Below the pieces are notes generated by a model. The model saw nothing but the letters and a program-made list of their open reading frames with translations, was not told the origin of the DNA and ran no database searches. Below, in pieces: positions 39,041-50,734 of a stretch of DNA of 64,000 bases. Location of the stretch: contig MU054187.1 in the NCBI GenBank assembly GCA_013239625.1, positions 18,096,711 to 18,160,710 on the forward strand. Direction: 5' to 3'. Each line of letters starts with the position of its first letter. Positions within the stretch are counted from its first letter, which is position 1. This DNA is from Lama guanicoe. Taxonomy: Eukaryota. Both the position numbers and the translations under genes were made by a program.

Positions 39041-42000
39041 ATATAATGGATGGAAGATATTCGGGGGATCAGAGAACTTCATGAAGCTATAAAGGAGCTG
39101 GTTGAGAGAAAGCAGCTGATGCTTCAGAAGAGAGAGGTGGTACTTGGTGGAGCAAGCACCTACCGGAAAAGGAATAGATGGGATTTAAATTACAGGGGAG
39201 AGAAAAAATACTGTTTCTCTAAAACAAATAAAAGATAAGCTGCACGGAAGGATTTAATTTTAACCTAATTATTTAAATGAAACTGATGAGACAAATAGGT
39301 CTGGTAAGACCAGGATGTTTAAAATATGCTATATGAAAAGGCATGGGGAGGACACATGTGCTGTGCACACACACGCACACGCACACGTGACCCAAGCGCT
39401 AAGCAGAGCCACTGCCAAGTACCAGTCTGCATGGTACCTCTGAATATCCCTCTGGTGAGACAGACTTCTGCACCAGAGTGCCCAGCTTGGCACTTGTGGC
39501 TTGAGCTCAGCTTCTTAGACAATAATTTGCAACTTTTAAGATTATGTCTGCACGAAACCAAAACAACTTACTATCTCAGTCAAGGTAATGAACTGTCAAT
39601 TAACTTGCAAATCAGTTAAATAAGTTGCTCAGCACCATGTAGCCCAAACAACTTTAGCTGATTGACTAAATTGCTAGCTTATTACATGCATCCAGTGGAG
39701 TAATATATGTAGACCCCTCTGAAGTGCATGGCCAGCTCTGAGACTCTAAGGGAAGCAAGACTTTAATGGTGATGATAATGATGACGTTCATGCTACTGAA
39801 TTCTTTATATTGCATGATACTTTTCAGCTTACAAGCTATTCTCACACATATGACCTAATTTAATGGCTCCAAATATCTAACTACATGTAAGTGTTTGCTT
39901 TTCTACACACACACACACACACACAAACACATACACAGAGCTCTATTATTGAACAACAAAGAGTAAAATTCACACTCATAACCTCTTAACTTTTTAATCA
40001 TACAACTTTATGACCCGATTAATCAGCTAAAATCATGTAAATTAAGTGGTGTTTATTTAGACTTAAATTTTTAAGTAAAGGAACATTTACCTTGGAGTAC
40101 CTCTAAGCTGTGAATATCTCTGTCCTCTGAAAGTATATTTCTACTTAATGAAATTAAAATCTATACATAGATTTTGCCTAATGAGACATACATGTCTTAG
40201 TCTGCAGCAGCAGCAAAGTTGATTTCTCACACACACGACGTCTGATGTCAGTCACATGTCTTTCCAGAGCCGACTTTGAGTAGCACCATTTCAATGTATG
40301 TCCTCCGTGGATGCTGCTGAAGGGCGAGAAAGATTACGAAAGTGGCACACTTGTTCTTAAAAGCTTCAGCTGCATTTCACTTACATCTCACTGGCTGGAA
40401 CTAGTCACGTGGCCCTGCCTAACTGCAAAGGCATCTGGGAAGCAGGCTCTTCCTGTGTTTTCAAGGAGAGAATAATCAGAAATGAAAAGCATTCATTAGT
40501 GAATTTTATCACAGGTTCCTTGCAAATATTGAGATCACATTTTCTTTTTTAAATATCAATTTTGCACTGATTTCTCTACCTTATAATAATTCAACATTGA
40601 AATGAAGAATTTTCATACTCCTTCCAATATGGAATAAAAGAATATTTGACAAGCTTCATGCGTTTGCTTTCATCTACAAATTATACGTTTTAAACATAAT
40701 GTCAATGCTTCAAAACACAGTTTGGTGCACGTCAGTAATAGCTCTTAATGACTCAGAAAGAGTATAATAATCTACCATGATCAAAACTAATCTGCCATAA
40801 AAAGTACAAAAGTATCAAATGGCTTATGCTGTGGAAACAAAGGCAAATTAATTGCCTCATTTGTTACATCATATGTAATGTACACTTTAACATCGCCGTG
40901 ACTTTGTATAGACATCTAGCTTCTGAGAGAAATTTAGAAAAACATTATCCAATGAGATTTCATTGTGAAAAGAAGTAACATGCCTAATGATGCAACTCCT
41001 AATTTTCCACGGGTTTTATTACTGTTATGCAACAATTATTTATTGAGTTATGGTATCCTGAGTATAACAAAAAAAAAGAAATAAAATTAAACTTTTCACT
41101 ACCACTCCATTTCTTTAGGTAACCAGCACACAAACACACAAACACACACACACACTTACATACTCTCTTTTCACACAATTCAAAAAACAGTCCATGAAAT
41201 TTAATTATCTTACATAAAGCTATAAATGAAACACTCAGTCCCTCATCAAAAAAATCACAAAATGTCCATCCTTCCAGAATTTTGAGGAAATTTCTTACCC
41301 ACCTTGTCTGTTTTTTTTCTTTTTAATTTATTTTTGAAAAACTATTGTCTTTTGTTTCTGTGGGTTTCAGCCTTTGTGCTCTTCACTGCTGTTTTAGAGA
41401 AGTCTCAAAGGAAAGTGGAAATAAATGAAATGCTCAGTCCTGTTTATTGAACAGAAAATCCTCTTTCACAGGTTCTTTATTCTTTATTTCTTAGTAATAT
41501 ATTTTGCCCAGCATCTACCACCTGGCATGGTCTGAACATTGACTATTCTGATTGTCAAAATATATGCAGTACAGCAAACATTGTAACACTCTATATTATA
41601 GCTTTTGGCTTCAGTCACGTGAAAATGTAAGCACTAGAGGTAGTTGATGGAGGTTGTGCTGATCTGGAACTTCCATCGTGATTCAGCAGGAACTTGTGTT
41701 CCATCAAAGCAGTAGTTACTCTGTTAGCGATACATGACTTACTAAGTAGTGAACATGGTTGTATAGTTGCTTAAGAAAATAATAAAAACTGTTTCCATCT
41801 CAATTGATTCTTTTTACCTTCCAAATCGTTTAATTAATATGAATGTAATATTAGAATACATTGATGTCCCAAGACGCAACCTTTCATTTTAGAAATTTTC
41901 TGTTGCCATTTAATATCATCAAAATCCCTGAGGTTTCCCCCTCATCTCTAGCTTCCTGAAACTCACACCGTAGGGCAGAACAGAAGAAAATGAGCCTATT

Positions 42001-42372
42001 CTCTTGGCTTTCGTGCATGGGCAAAGGCATTAGGTTTGTTCTTTTCTAAAACAATATTTTTTAAGGCAATCCTAAACCCCATAAATTGTCTCTTTATGAA
42101 CTCAGAGTGAAATAGCCAACAGGCAGTAATTTGTCAAGTTGTTTCTTCAATAATGATAGACAACAAAACCAAAAAAGCTCAGGGACTGATAGACACAAGC
42201 ATGTAATTCCCATTCAGGGGTCTACTAGTTGACTGTGGATTCTTGCCCTTTGGTAGCATCCACGGAGGACATTTATTGAAATGGTAGTACTCAAAATCAG
42301 CCCTGAAAGAAAGACATTTGACTGACATCAGACTGTGTGTGTGGGAAATAAACTTTGTTACTTAGGACACTT

Positions 42373-42373
<1 letters not shown>

Positions 42374-42405
<32 letters not shown>
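42374..42405 (+). repeat. (CTG/TGC)10 trinucleotide microsatellite
   Basis: Ten perfect TGC units plus TG. Confidence 0.95.
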
Positions 42406-42406
<1 letters not shown>

Positions 42407-43973
42407 GATTGGCCCCAGACGGGGGGGTAGGTTAGGTCTTCTGCACCGACATTCTTATTCTAGGGTGGCTACGTGGCTGATGCTCTTGTGACAGAGGACA
42501 GGAGCACAGGAGCTCAAAGGAACACTTGCAATGAATCACAAGGTTTCCTCTCAGAACTGGCCTGCTATCACCCATGAGCGCAAGCCATTGGTCGAAGCAA
42601 GTCACCTGAAGCCCCAAAATCAATATGGCAGGGCAGCATGCTCTTTCCTTAGGAAGCCTGTAGCAAGGGCAAGGAAGGGAGAACTGTGAGTACATAATAC
42701 TGTCTTAAACAATCAGTAATCAATTATATTTATCCTTTTTCTGTATGCCTGTAGAATTGAGTAACTGATCAGAGTCCCTAAATCTGATCTCTCATCAGAA
42801 TCATCTACAAAGCTTTTAAAAATATAGAATTGACCATAGGATTCCAGAAACCTACTGAATCAAAATTATGGATGTGGAAACACGACTTTTTTTTTTTCTC
42901 TTCAGAATTTCCCATGTGATTTTAATGCAGGTTTGGAATCTGGCTTTTCTCACCCTCTTTCTTGTACTCTCAACAGCAGGGATCTCCTCTCTGCCTCCCT
43001 TTACATGAGCTCCCTATGCCAGACCAGCCATGATACACTCACCTTGCAGGCAGGTCAGCTGAATAAAACCTGATGAAAATCAAACAGTGTCACAGCCAGA
43101 GCACTCTCATCCATGAATATCTGAGAGGAGCAACAGGGGAAAGGGTCCAGAATCACACGGCAGAAGGCACTGGGACAAGCATCCTCTTCTTCATAATTTT
43201 GCCTGGACCGTGTCTTCTGATCATCATAGTTATCTGTTAATACCATGAACTCAAGTCACAGAGGTGTCTGGATCATTATCTTTTCCTGCTTTATTAAAAT
43301 ATTTGTCCAGAATTCCAAATGAAATGAAAGCCTAGGGTAATAAATCATACCAGTTTTTGATAAAAAAAAAGTTTAAAGCATTACAGAGAGAATTTTTTCC
43401 AGTGCTCTAAACCATTGTGTTTGTAGATCTCCCATCTGAAATGGATGAGAAGTCAAACGGTGAACAGCGTGGGAACAGCTGCTCTGCTTGGCTAGGAATC
43501 CTTACCGCCAGAGGTGATGAAGAGGCTTGGGTCAGGTTCATCTCATGTTTGTGCCTGACATTTCAGGATATTCGTTTTCTTTCCTCTTTGATTGGATATG
43601 CTTAGCTGTATCATTCATGTGATTTAATTGAGGCTATAAGCACAACTTGTTCACATCACTTCCCAACAGGTCATCATTCGAAGCTGTAGAGAAACACCTG
43701 TCCTGGGAAATGCACCACAGACCTCTGCCTCAACCTGTATAATAAGGATTACAGGATGACCTGTGCCCATATTCCCTCAGTAAGTCAATATGCTTTTAAT
43801 TTCCTGAAGTTTAATTTCTTTTCAAAAAAAAAGGTTTCTATGTCTTATATTATCCAATGTCAACATCTCCCTAGAGAAAGCAGGGAAAAGATGCAAAATC
43901 AGAATCACAGAACTCAGATTTTGCCTGTTACCCAAGGTCTCCTTATTCACCTGTCTGATAGTTTTCATCATTT

Positions 43974-44075
43974 TTTAAAATAATTTTTTAAATGTATTAA
44001 AGGAGATGCTGGAGATTAAACCCAGGACCTCATGCATCCTAAGCATGTGCTCTACCACTGAGCTGTACCCACCCC
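43974..44075 (-). mobile_element. tRNA-Ala-derived camelid SINE (Vic-1-like)
   Basis: Reverse complement 'ggggtgggtacagctcagtggtagagcacatgcttaggatgcatgaggtcctgggtttaatctccagcatctcc' with A/B boxes and A-rich tail; TSD ttcatcattt at 43964-43973 and 44076-44085. Confidence 0.88.
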
Positions 44076-44479
44076 TTCATCATTTAAAAAATTTTATTTT
44101 TATTCAGTGTCTTGACTCCTACCATTTTGGTACCACTGGAACAAGTGCTATATGCTGAGCGCTACATCAGTCTTTGCTCTCTATTTCCTCCCGGGCAAGA
44201 GATGCTGAAGTTCAGAGCTGGGACAGAGGCAATAGTTATGGACAGGAGAAGACACATCAGAGAGATGTGTAGAAACTAAAAGCACCTGGACTTGGGGGAG
44301 TTGATGGAGGAAGAGGAGGCAGACATGGTTTCTGGATTTCAGCTTAGGTGACAGAACAGATCGTATGTCTCTAACTGAAAAGAAAAACCCAGAAGAATAG
44401 GTGTGAAAGTTTAAGTCCAGTCTTATATGAATTTCAGATACCTGGGGAACATCCCAGTAGACTTGTTCATGGACAGTAT

Positions 44480-44921
44480 TGTATGTTGCAGTCTTAAGTC
44501 CCAATATGTTACATCTTAAGAATGTGAATGTATTTGGAAGTAACATCTTTTCAGGTGTAATTAGTTAAGATACAGTCATACTGGAGTAGAATGAACCCCC
44601 AATCCACTAAGACCAACCTCCTTATGAAAATGGGAAATTTGGACACAGACACACACATGAGGAGAATGTCAGGTAAAGATGAAGGCAGAGATTAACTGCT
44701 GCTTCTACATGCCGAGAAACACCAAAGATTGCTAGAAAATCACCAGAAGTTAGCAAAGAGATATGGAACAGATTCTGCATCTGAGCCCTCCGAAGGAACC
44801 AACCTTTCTGACATTTCGATCTCAGACTTCTAGTTTCCAGAACTGTGAGATGATAAATTTCAATTGTTTAAGCTATTCAGCTTGTGGTTCTTTGCTCTGG
44901 CAGTGAGAGCAAACTAATACA
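44480..44921 (+). mobile_element. MLT1C-like MaLR solo LTR
   Basis: 'aatgtgaatgtatttggaa', 'gagccctccgaaggaaccaacc', 'ccagaactgtgagatgataaatttc', ends 'aaactaataca'. Confidence 0.85.
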
Positions 44922-45464
44922 CTCCCCACCCCATCCCCAACTGCACTGGTTTGAAATCACTGGTAATAAAACAGGCTAGTACCAAACCAGGAAGCTCTGA
45001 GACATCAGAGACCACCTTACCACTGTTTGCCACAGTGCCCCTTAGCACCTAGAACCAGGCATAATACAAAACCAGCAGTCAATAAATATTTTTTTTTCAG
45101 TGATCAGTTAATTTATCCAACCCATGTGCCAGCTACTGTATACATATTATTTTTAACTTCCTCAGCAGTTGTGCCAGGTTAGGCATGATCAGTCTTGCTT
45201 TTATACTGTAGAAACTATGATTCAGGGAAAGTGACGTATGAGACAAAATGAGCATAAACTTTAGAGTGAAATGCTCTCAGATTGAGATCTGTCCCTGTCA
45301 CTCAGTCATGGCTTGACCCTAGGCAGTTGGTTTAACCTGTGTGAGCTTCCTCTTCTTCTCCTGTAAAACAGGGGTGATAATAAAATATACTTTAAAGAGT
45401 TGTCATGAGGATGAAATGAGACGCCATGAAAAGCCACATGGAGCAGACGATACATAAAATGCAG

Positions 45465-45870
45465 TCTCTTTTTGTTATTATTGTAGTAAGAACACTTAAC
45501 ATCAGTGCCACCTGTTTTTTCCAGTGTACAAAACAGTACTGTTAACTATAGGCGCAATTTTGTACAGCAGAACTCTAGAAACTTCTCATCTTGCATAATT
45601 CATATTTTATATACGTTGAATAAGAACTTTCCATTTTCTCCCCTCCTCAACCCCTGACAATCATTATTCTATACCCTGCTTCCGTGAGCTTGGCTATTTT
45701 AGGACTTCACTTGCATGAGTGGAATCATGCAGTATTTGTCCCTCTATGATTGGCTTATTTCAATTAGCATAAAGTCCTCCAGGTCGGTCCATGTTGCTGC
45801 CAATGGAAGTATTTCCTTCATTTTTAAAGCTGAATAACATTCCATTGTATGTATAGATCACATTTTCTTT
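45465..45870 (-). mobile_element. L1MA9-like LINE-1 3' end
   Basis: 'gtaagaacacttaacat...tgtacagcagaactctagaa...gtggaatcatgcagtatttgtcc'. Confidence 0.8.
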
Positions 45871-48800
45871 TCTTACCCAAAGTCACACATTTTAATAAAT
45901 TAAATTAAATTAAAATTAAATTAATTAAAATGAAATTAAACGAATTAAAACTAAAGCTCTGATCTATTGACTCCAAGCCTGAATTACCCCCTTTAGAGCA
46001 AGCGCCAAGGCCAAGTGTGCTTAATTTATTCTTTATCAAATGAACAACCTGTAAAAACTAAACCCTACTGTATTGATGAGGACTTGAGTGTTTTACTTTC
46101 TTTCTGAGAGAACGTCACAGGACTGAGAATTCTTTGTTGTTTGAAGCAAAGAGCTCCAGCCTGGGAGGAACACAAAATGGAAAATGTGATGAATTGCACC
46201 AGCTAGACAGGGCCGAGTGACCAACACCCGTGTTTTGCAAAGTATAATGAGTTGATCTGGAAGGTCCACAGAGGCCCATCTCTTAGAAGACACAGCTCGG
46301 CCAAAAGCACAGAGCCTTCGACTTTCTCCAAAAGCTCTGACCCAGGTCATACTAACATGGAAGGATGACATTTATCATAAACATAACATTTTCAATTTTG
46401 CCGATTTATCTTTATGCCCGGAAGCACCTGTTGAAATACACTAGTGACCACTCATCGCCCAGTATCCTTCTCCCGTGTTGCCAAGAATTCTCTCATGAAA
46501 GATGACTAAGACCCATATTCCAGTTCTTGGCGGCAAGTGGGTGCAGACTGAGACAGTCATGGGTCACACTCAAGCTCAGCAGGTCAGGAGATTACAGACT
46601 GCTTTATTTATTTGTTTCAACCCAGCCTAACATTTGAAACCCAAAACATATATTGAATTACTTTCTCTGAAAAATTTGAGCTGATGCACATTTCAGGAAG
46701 GTACATTGGACAGATGAAGTATTGAATCACTTCTCTTCCTTTTCTCTCTAACATATGTTTATGCTCAAGGAGGGCAGCAGATCAGTTCAGCACATGCAAC
46801 AATCCTGCCAAAACAAAAAGGAAATAGAAGATCACTCTGTACTCACAAGATGCTTTATTTCTTTGCATATCAAGAAATAAAAGTCTCTTTTCAAAGTGCT
46901 GTTTCATTGGGCGCCCAAAATAGAGCTCCCCAAACACTTTAGAAAATGAACTGTCTTAGAGAATTGAGAGCCTGCTGTTAATCAATGCTTTCTCCCAGAA
47001 AAACACGCACATCACTCTTTCCTTTCTACCCATCGCCTTGCTCCTTCTTGCATTTTGATGAGACTCACTGTTACTATTTCCATTATCCTGATTGTCGGAT
47101 TTCACAGGTGGAAGATGTATGGCTGTGCCATCCTGGCCTCCTCATTTCATGACAGACACTGAGTTTTAACAAACTCCAGCAGGAAAATGCTCACTGGATT
47201 TTGACAAGTTTTATGCAGAAATGATGACAGACTTGCCGATGCTGAGAAGAAATGCTATAACAGCACTGTGGTTAGTGCGCCTTCTGGATCTAGACTCCCA
47301 AAATGAAAACATAGATAATTGAAAACAAGTTTGGATGGGAGGGGGGAATTCAGCAGTAAGGGAACATCTGCAGAGTGTTGTGTGCTAGGAGAAGCTATTA
47401 ATAGACAATTGCAAGCTCCCGCCTGGGGAATGAAGATAAATCTTGTACATCTATAGAAGTTTCATTTTAAAAATGGTTTCTCTAGCCTTCTGTGTGTGTG
47501 TGCCTGCATTTGTGTAACTCAAGTAGTTACTCTGGTAAATGGCAAGTTAGGGTTTTGAGTGTGATATAAAAGCTGCAGCAGTGAGGAACAATATATTTAT
47601 TCATTCAGCTCTAACGGGTGTGTCCCCACCTTCACCAGATTTAGGGAAGAAACTAGCTTACATTTACTATGATTCTGCACGGAGGGAGGGGGACATTTGT
47701 TCCCATCACAGTGTGTTCGGACAGAGGTGGCCATCAGCCAACATGTGACACTTTTTCTAGCCTATCACCCCGTAGTACAAACTCATCAACAGGGCGGCTG
47801 AGTGTCACAATTAGCAAATTCCTGATTTCCAAATCAATAGTGCCTTTTAACCTTCCCCTTTAAGGCTGAAACCAGTCTTTAAGTCAAATCGTCCTATGCT
47901 CAGCTTTTTCACTGCCTGTATGCTACTCTGTCTGGTGACACCCTTACCAACAGATCCCCGTGGGAGTTACACTGGGCCAGCTCCGGGCATAGCCCTTAAC
48001 TGTCCCTGCCTGTTAAACAGCAGTACTTAACTAGAATAGAACCCTCTCCCCAAGCACCTCCCTCTGTCACTTTCAGTGCTGCAAGGCCGTGTTGCATGTG
48101 CAGGCAGACAATCGTAGGGTTTCTCCAAGAGGCAAGCAGTGTGCCCAGGCTCATCCAAGGAACGACCCACCAGCAGCGTTGCACCCAGCCTCACCCAAAC
48201 CTGTGTGGACATTTCTTCCACCCTGGTTTTTAACCTAAGAGTATTAGGAGACTGGCATTGAGATTTTTTTTTCTTCTCTCTTTCTCTCTCTCTTTCCTTT
48301 CTCTAGCACACACAGACACACACGCGCGCGCTCGCACAGCTGCTTCCACTGATCAAGTCCACTGGATAATTCCTCTGCTTTCCAATTTGCATGGCCTCAT
48401 GTACGGCATTGACATGGGTATGTACATAAGTGATCATTTATTTGCCCCAAAATACATCTAATTTTGATTTAACAGATGCAATAGACCATAGTCCCATAGG
48501 ACAACTGGTAAAATGTGAGTGGCAAGGAAGAATCATCACTGAAAAATATTTTCTGAAAAAGAATATGGCAATAGTGCATGTTTCCATCTCTGCTGTATCC
48601 CCTCACTTCTCTTGACAACCGTGTGAAACAATTACTACTAATTTCAATTTCCAGGAAGGAAACTAATGTCCACAAAGTATAGTAACTCACTGAAATTCTC
48701 ATACGGCTAATGGTGACCCAGGTCCTCAGTCATGGTTCTCATAACACAATTCTATAATCCCTTCTGCTTCTTTATTCCTCTTAACCTGGTTCTACTCAGA

Positions 48801-49602
48801 GGTGAGATAGCCCCATCTATGCAGATGAGCATCTTGGTCAGGATCATGGCCCTTTCATTTAAAAAAAAATCTTAAGTCTTTATCAAAGCAAATGGAATTG
48901 TTTTTAATCACGACATAGAACAGCAGTGTTACAGATTCTTGCCAGAAACCACAACCTTAAACCCCTGCAATCTCAACCTTGTCAGAAGCCACTCCAGTAG
49001 AAACACTATCTATGGCGTAGTTTTTATATGACTCACTTCATTAGCTACCAGGAAAACGCAAATTTAAGCGGCTTTGCTTTAGCTTAATATTAAATGACAA
49101 CAGAAGAAGCGGGTCCATGAGATGCGTATTTCACCTCGTGTTAGATACTGTGAAGAACGATGTGTTCTTTATTAGATCCCAGAAGAGAAATTTCAGAACC
49201 TGGAAAGCTGTGCTTCTTCTGAATATGGCTTAGTTTTTCATCTTTTGGAGACTCTAAGTCTGGTAAACAACTATCTTCCCCAGCCTGCTTTGCCCTTTAA
49301 GAAAGTTTTAAAGCAAATTTGCAGGCATATTTCAGGATGGTATGGTACGCTCGGCTGTGTCACAATTTTAGTCTTTAATCACAGCAGTTTTTTAAAATTG
49401 TCTTCTTCATCTTTTCCCGCTTCATCTTGCCTATGTCATTTATTTATCTCAGTCTTAAATGTATGCATTTTTATAATCTTCAAAAATTGCATGGAACTTG
49501 GTGATTAACACACTGAAAGAAATAAGATGAATTTCTGGTTCTGTCAAGCCAATTTAATAATCAAATCATGTAGCTTTGTGTATGTTTGTCCTAGTATTAA
49601 AA

Positions 49603-49639
49603 TAGAAGTCCAATGTGCTATCCATTGCGCGACAGAGCC
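49603..49639 (-). pseudogene. Tailless retropseudogene: 5' half (positions 1-37) of tRNA-Arg(TCT)
   Basis: Reverse complement GGCTCTGTCGCGCAATGGATAGCACATTGGACTTCTA matches recalled tRNA-Arg-TCT 5' exon at 35/37; 20-bp direct repeat tgtcctagtattaaaataga at 49587-49606 and 49644-49663. Confidence 0.92.
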
Positions 49640-50191
49640 ACCCTGTCCTAGTATTAAAATAGAGCTTGAATAATACCAAAATTGTATGATTATTACTTTG
49701 GGGTTAGCCTTTAGGAAGAGCCACTGACCCAGCTTTTATAAGAGCTTTAGGGAAAACTCATCAGAATAACTATTGCTGGAAAGAATGGAACTGTCAGATA
49801 TTATCTAGGTTGCGGTTTAGAAAGAATTAGAATAAGCTTAGATTCCACAAGTGTAGGTAGAAGCGGTGAGGTTTTATTTTGAACTGGGATTATAGGTTTG
49901 GTCTTTGGAGCTGGTTAAAATTGAGCCAAATCCCAGATTTCCCGACCCCTTTATAATCTGCATAAGTTGTAATTTACTTTCTCTTTGCATTTCAGTTTCC
50001 ACTATTAAAAATCTTAAGCTGCTGCATAGTTAAATAATATAATGCACACAAAGCATTTAGCACAGTGCCTGGCATAGAGTAATTCAACACATGGAAACTA
50101 TCACTGCTATTATCATTGTATGATTGTTATCAGTCACAAAATAATAAATCACAAAATAATACATATTTGCCATTGCTGTTATTATCATCAT

Positions 50192-50734
50192 TATCTCAGA
50201 ACAAAAGCATGGCCCACAGGGACAACAGAAATCGAGGGCAGGATTTTGCTCAGAGGTAGTGTTGAGTGGCCCTCTGCAAGCCCTGTGCTTGCCCAGCTTC
50301 AAGACTGAAGGAATAGTCCAGAGTCAAGGAGTCAGCAACACAGGCATTGATGGTTTAATGGGTAGGGAAGCTTACATGTCTGAAAGCAAGGCCCTGGAGC
50401 GACACTCCATCAGTGTGCGGCAGATGGTGGGCAGAACACAGCCTCAGTCTTTGCTCCTGGGGGCAGGAGGAGATTACCAGTTATAGGGGGAATTGAAGTC
50501 AGGCTGGCTTATCAGTTACCAGGGAAACTAGCAGAAAGGCATACTCCTCATTGTCCCCTTTGATAAGCGTAGTGGAGAGTTCCGATCTAAAGTCAGACCA
50601 ATCATTAGCTAGGGCGAGGGTGAGTATGTAGGAAAGTCAATCAGGTGAGTAGGGCATAGGTGAAGCTGGAACTGATTGAGCAGGACGTGTACAGAGAGCA
50701 AGAGAACAGCCATCTTGGTTGCCCTGATTATACA
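50192..50734 (-). mobile_element. ERV-type solo LTR
   Basis: Reverse complement begins 'tgtataatcagggcaaccaagatggctg'; reverse ATTAAA ~50354; left boundary approximate, no clean TSD. Confidence 0.7.

Noticed and set aside
43974..44075. tRNA-Ala gene
   Set aside because: A-rich tail, TSD and stem mismatches indicate a SINE copy
45893..45952. (AATTA)n tract
   Set aside because: Ordinary low-complexity AT repeat
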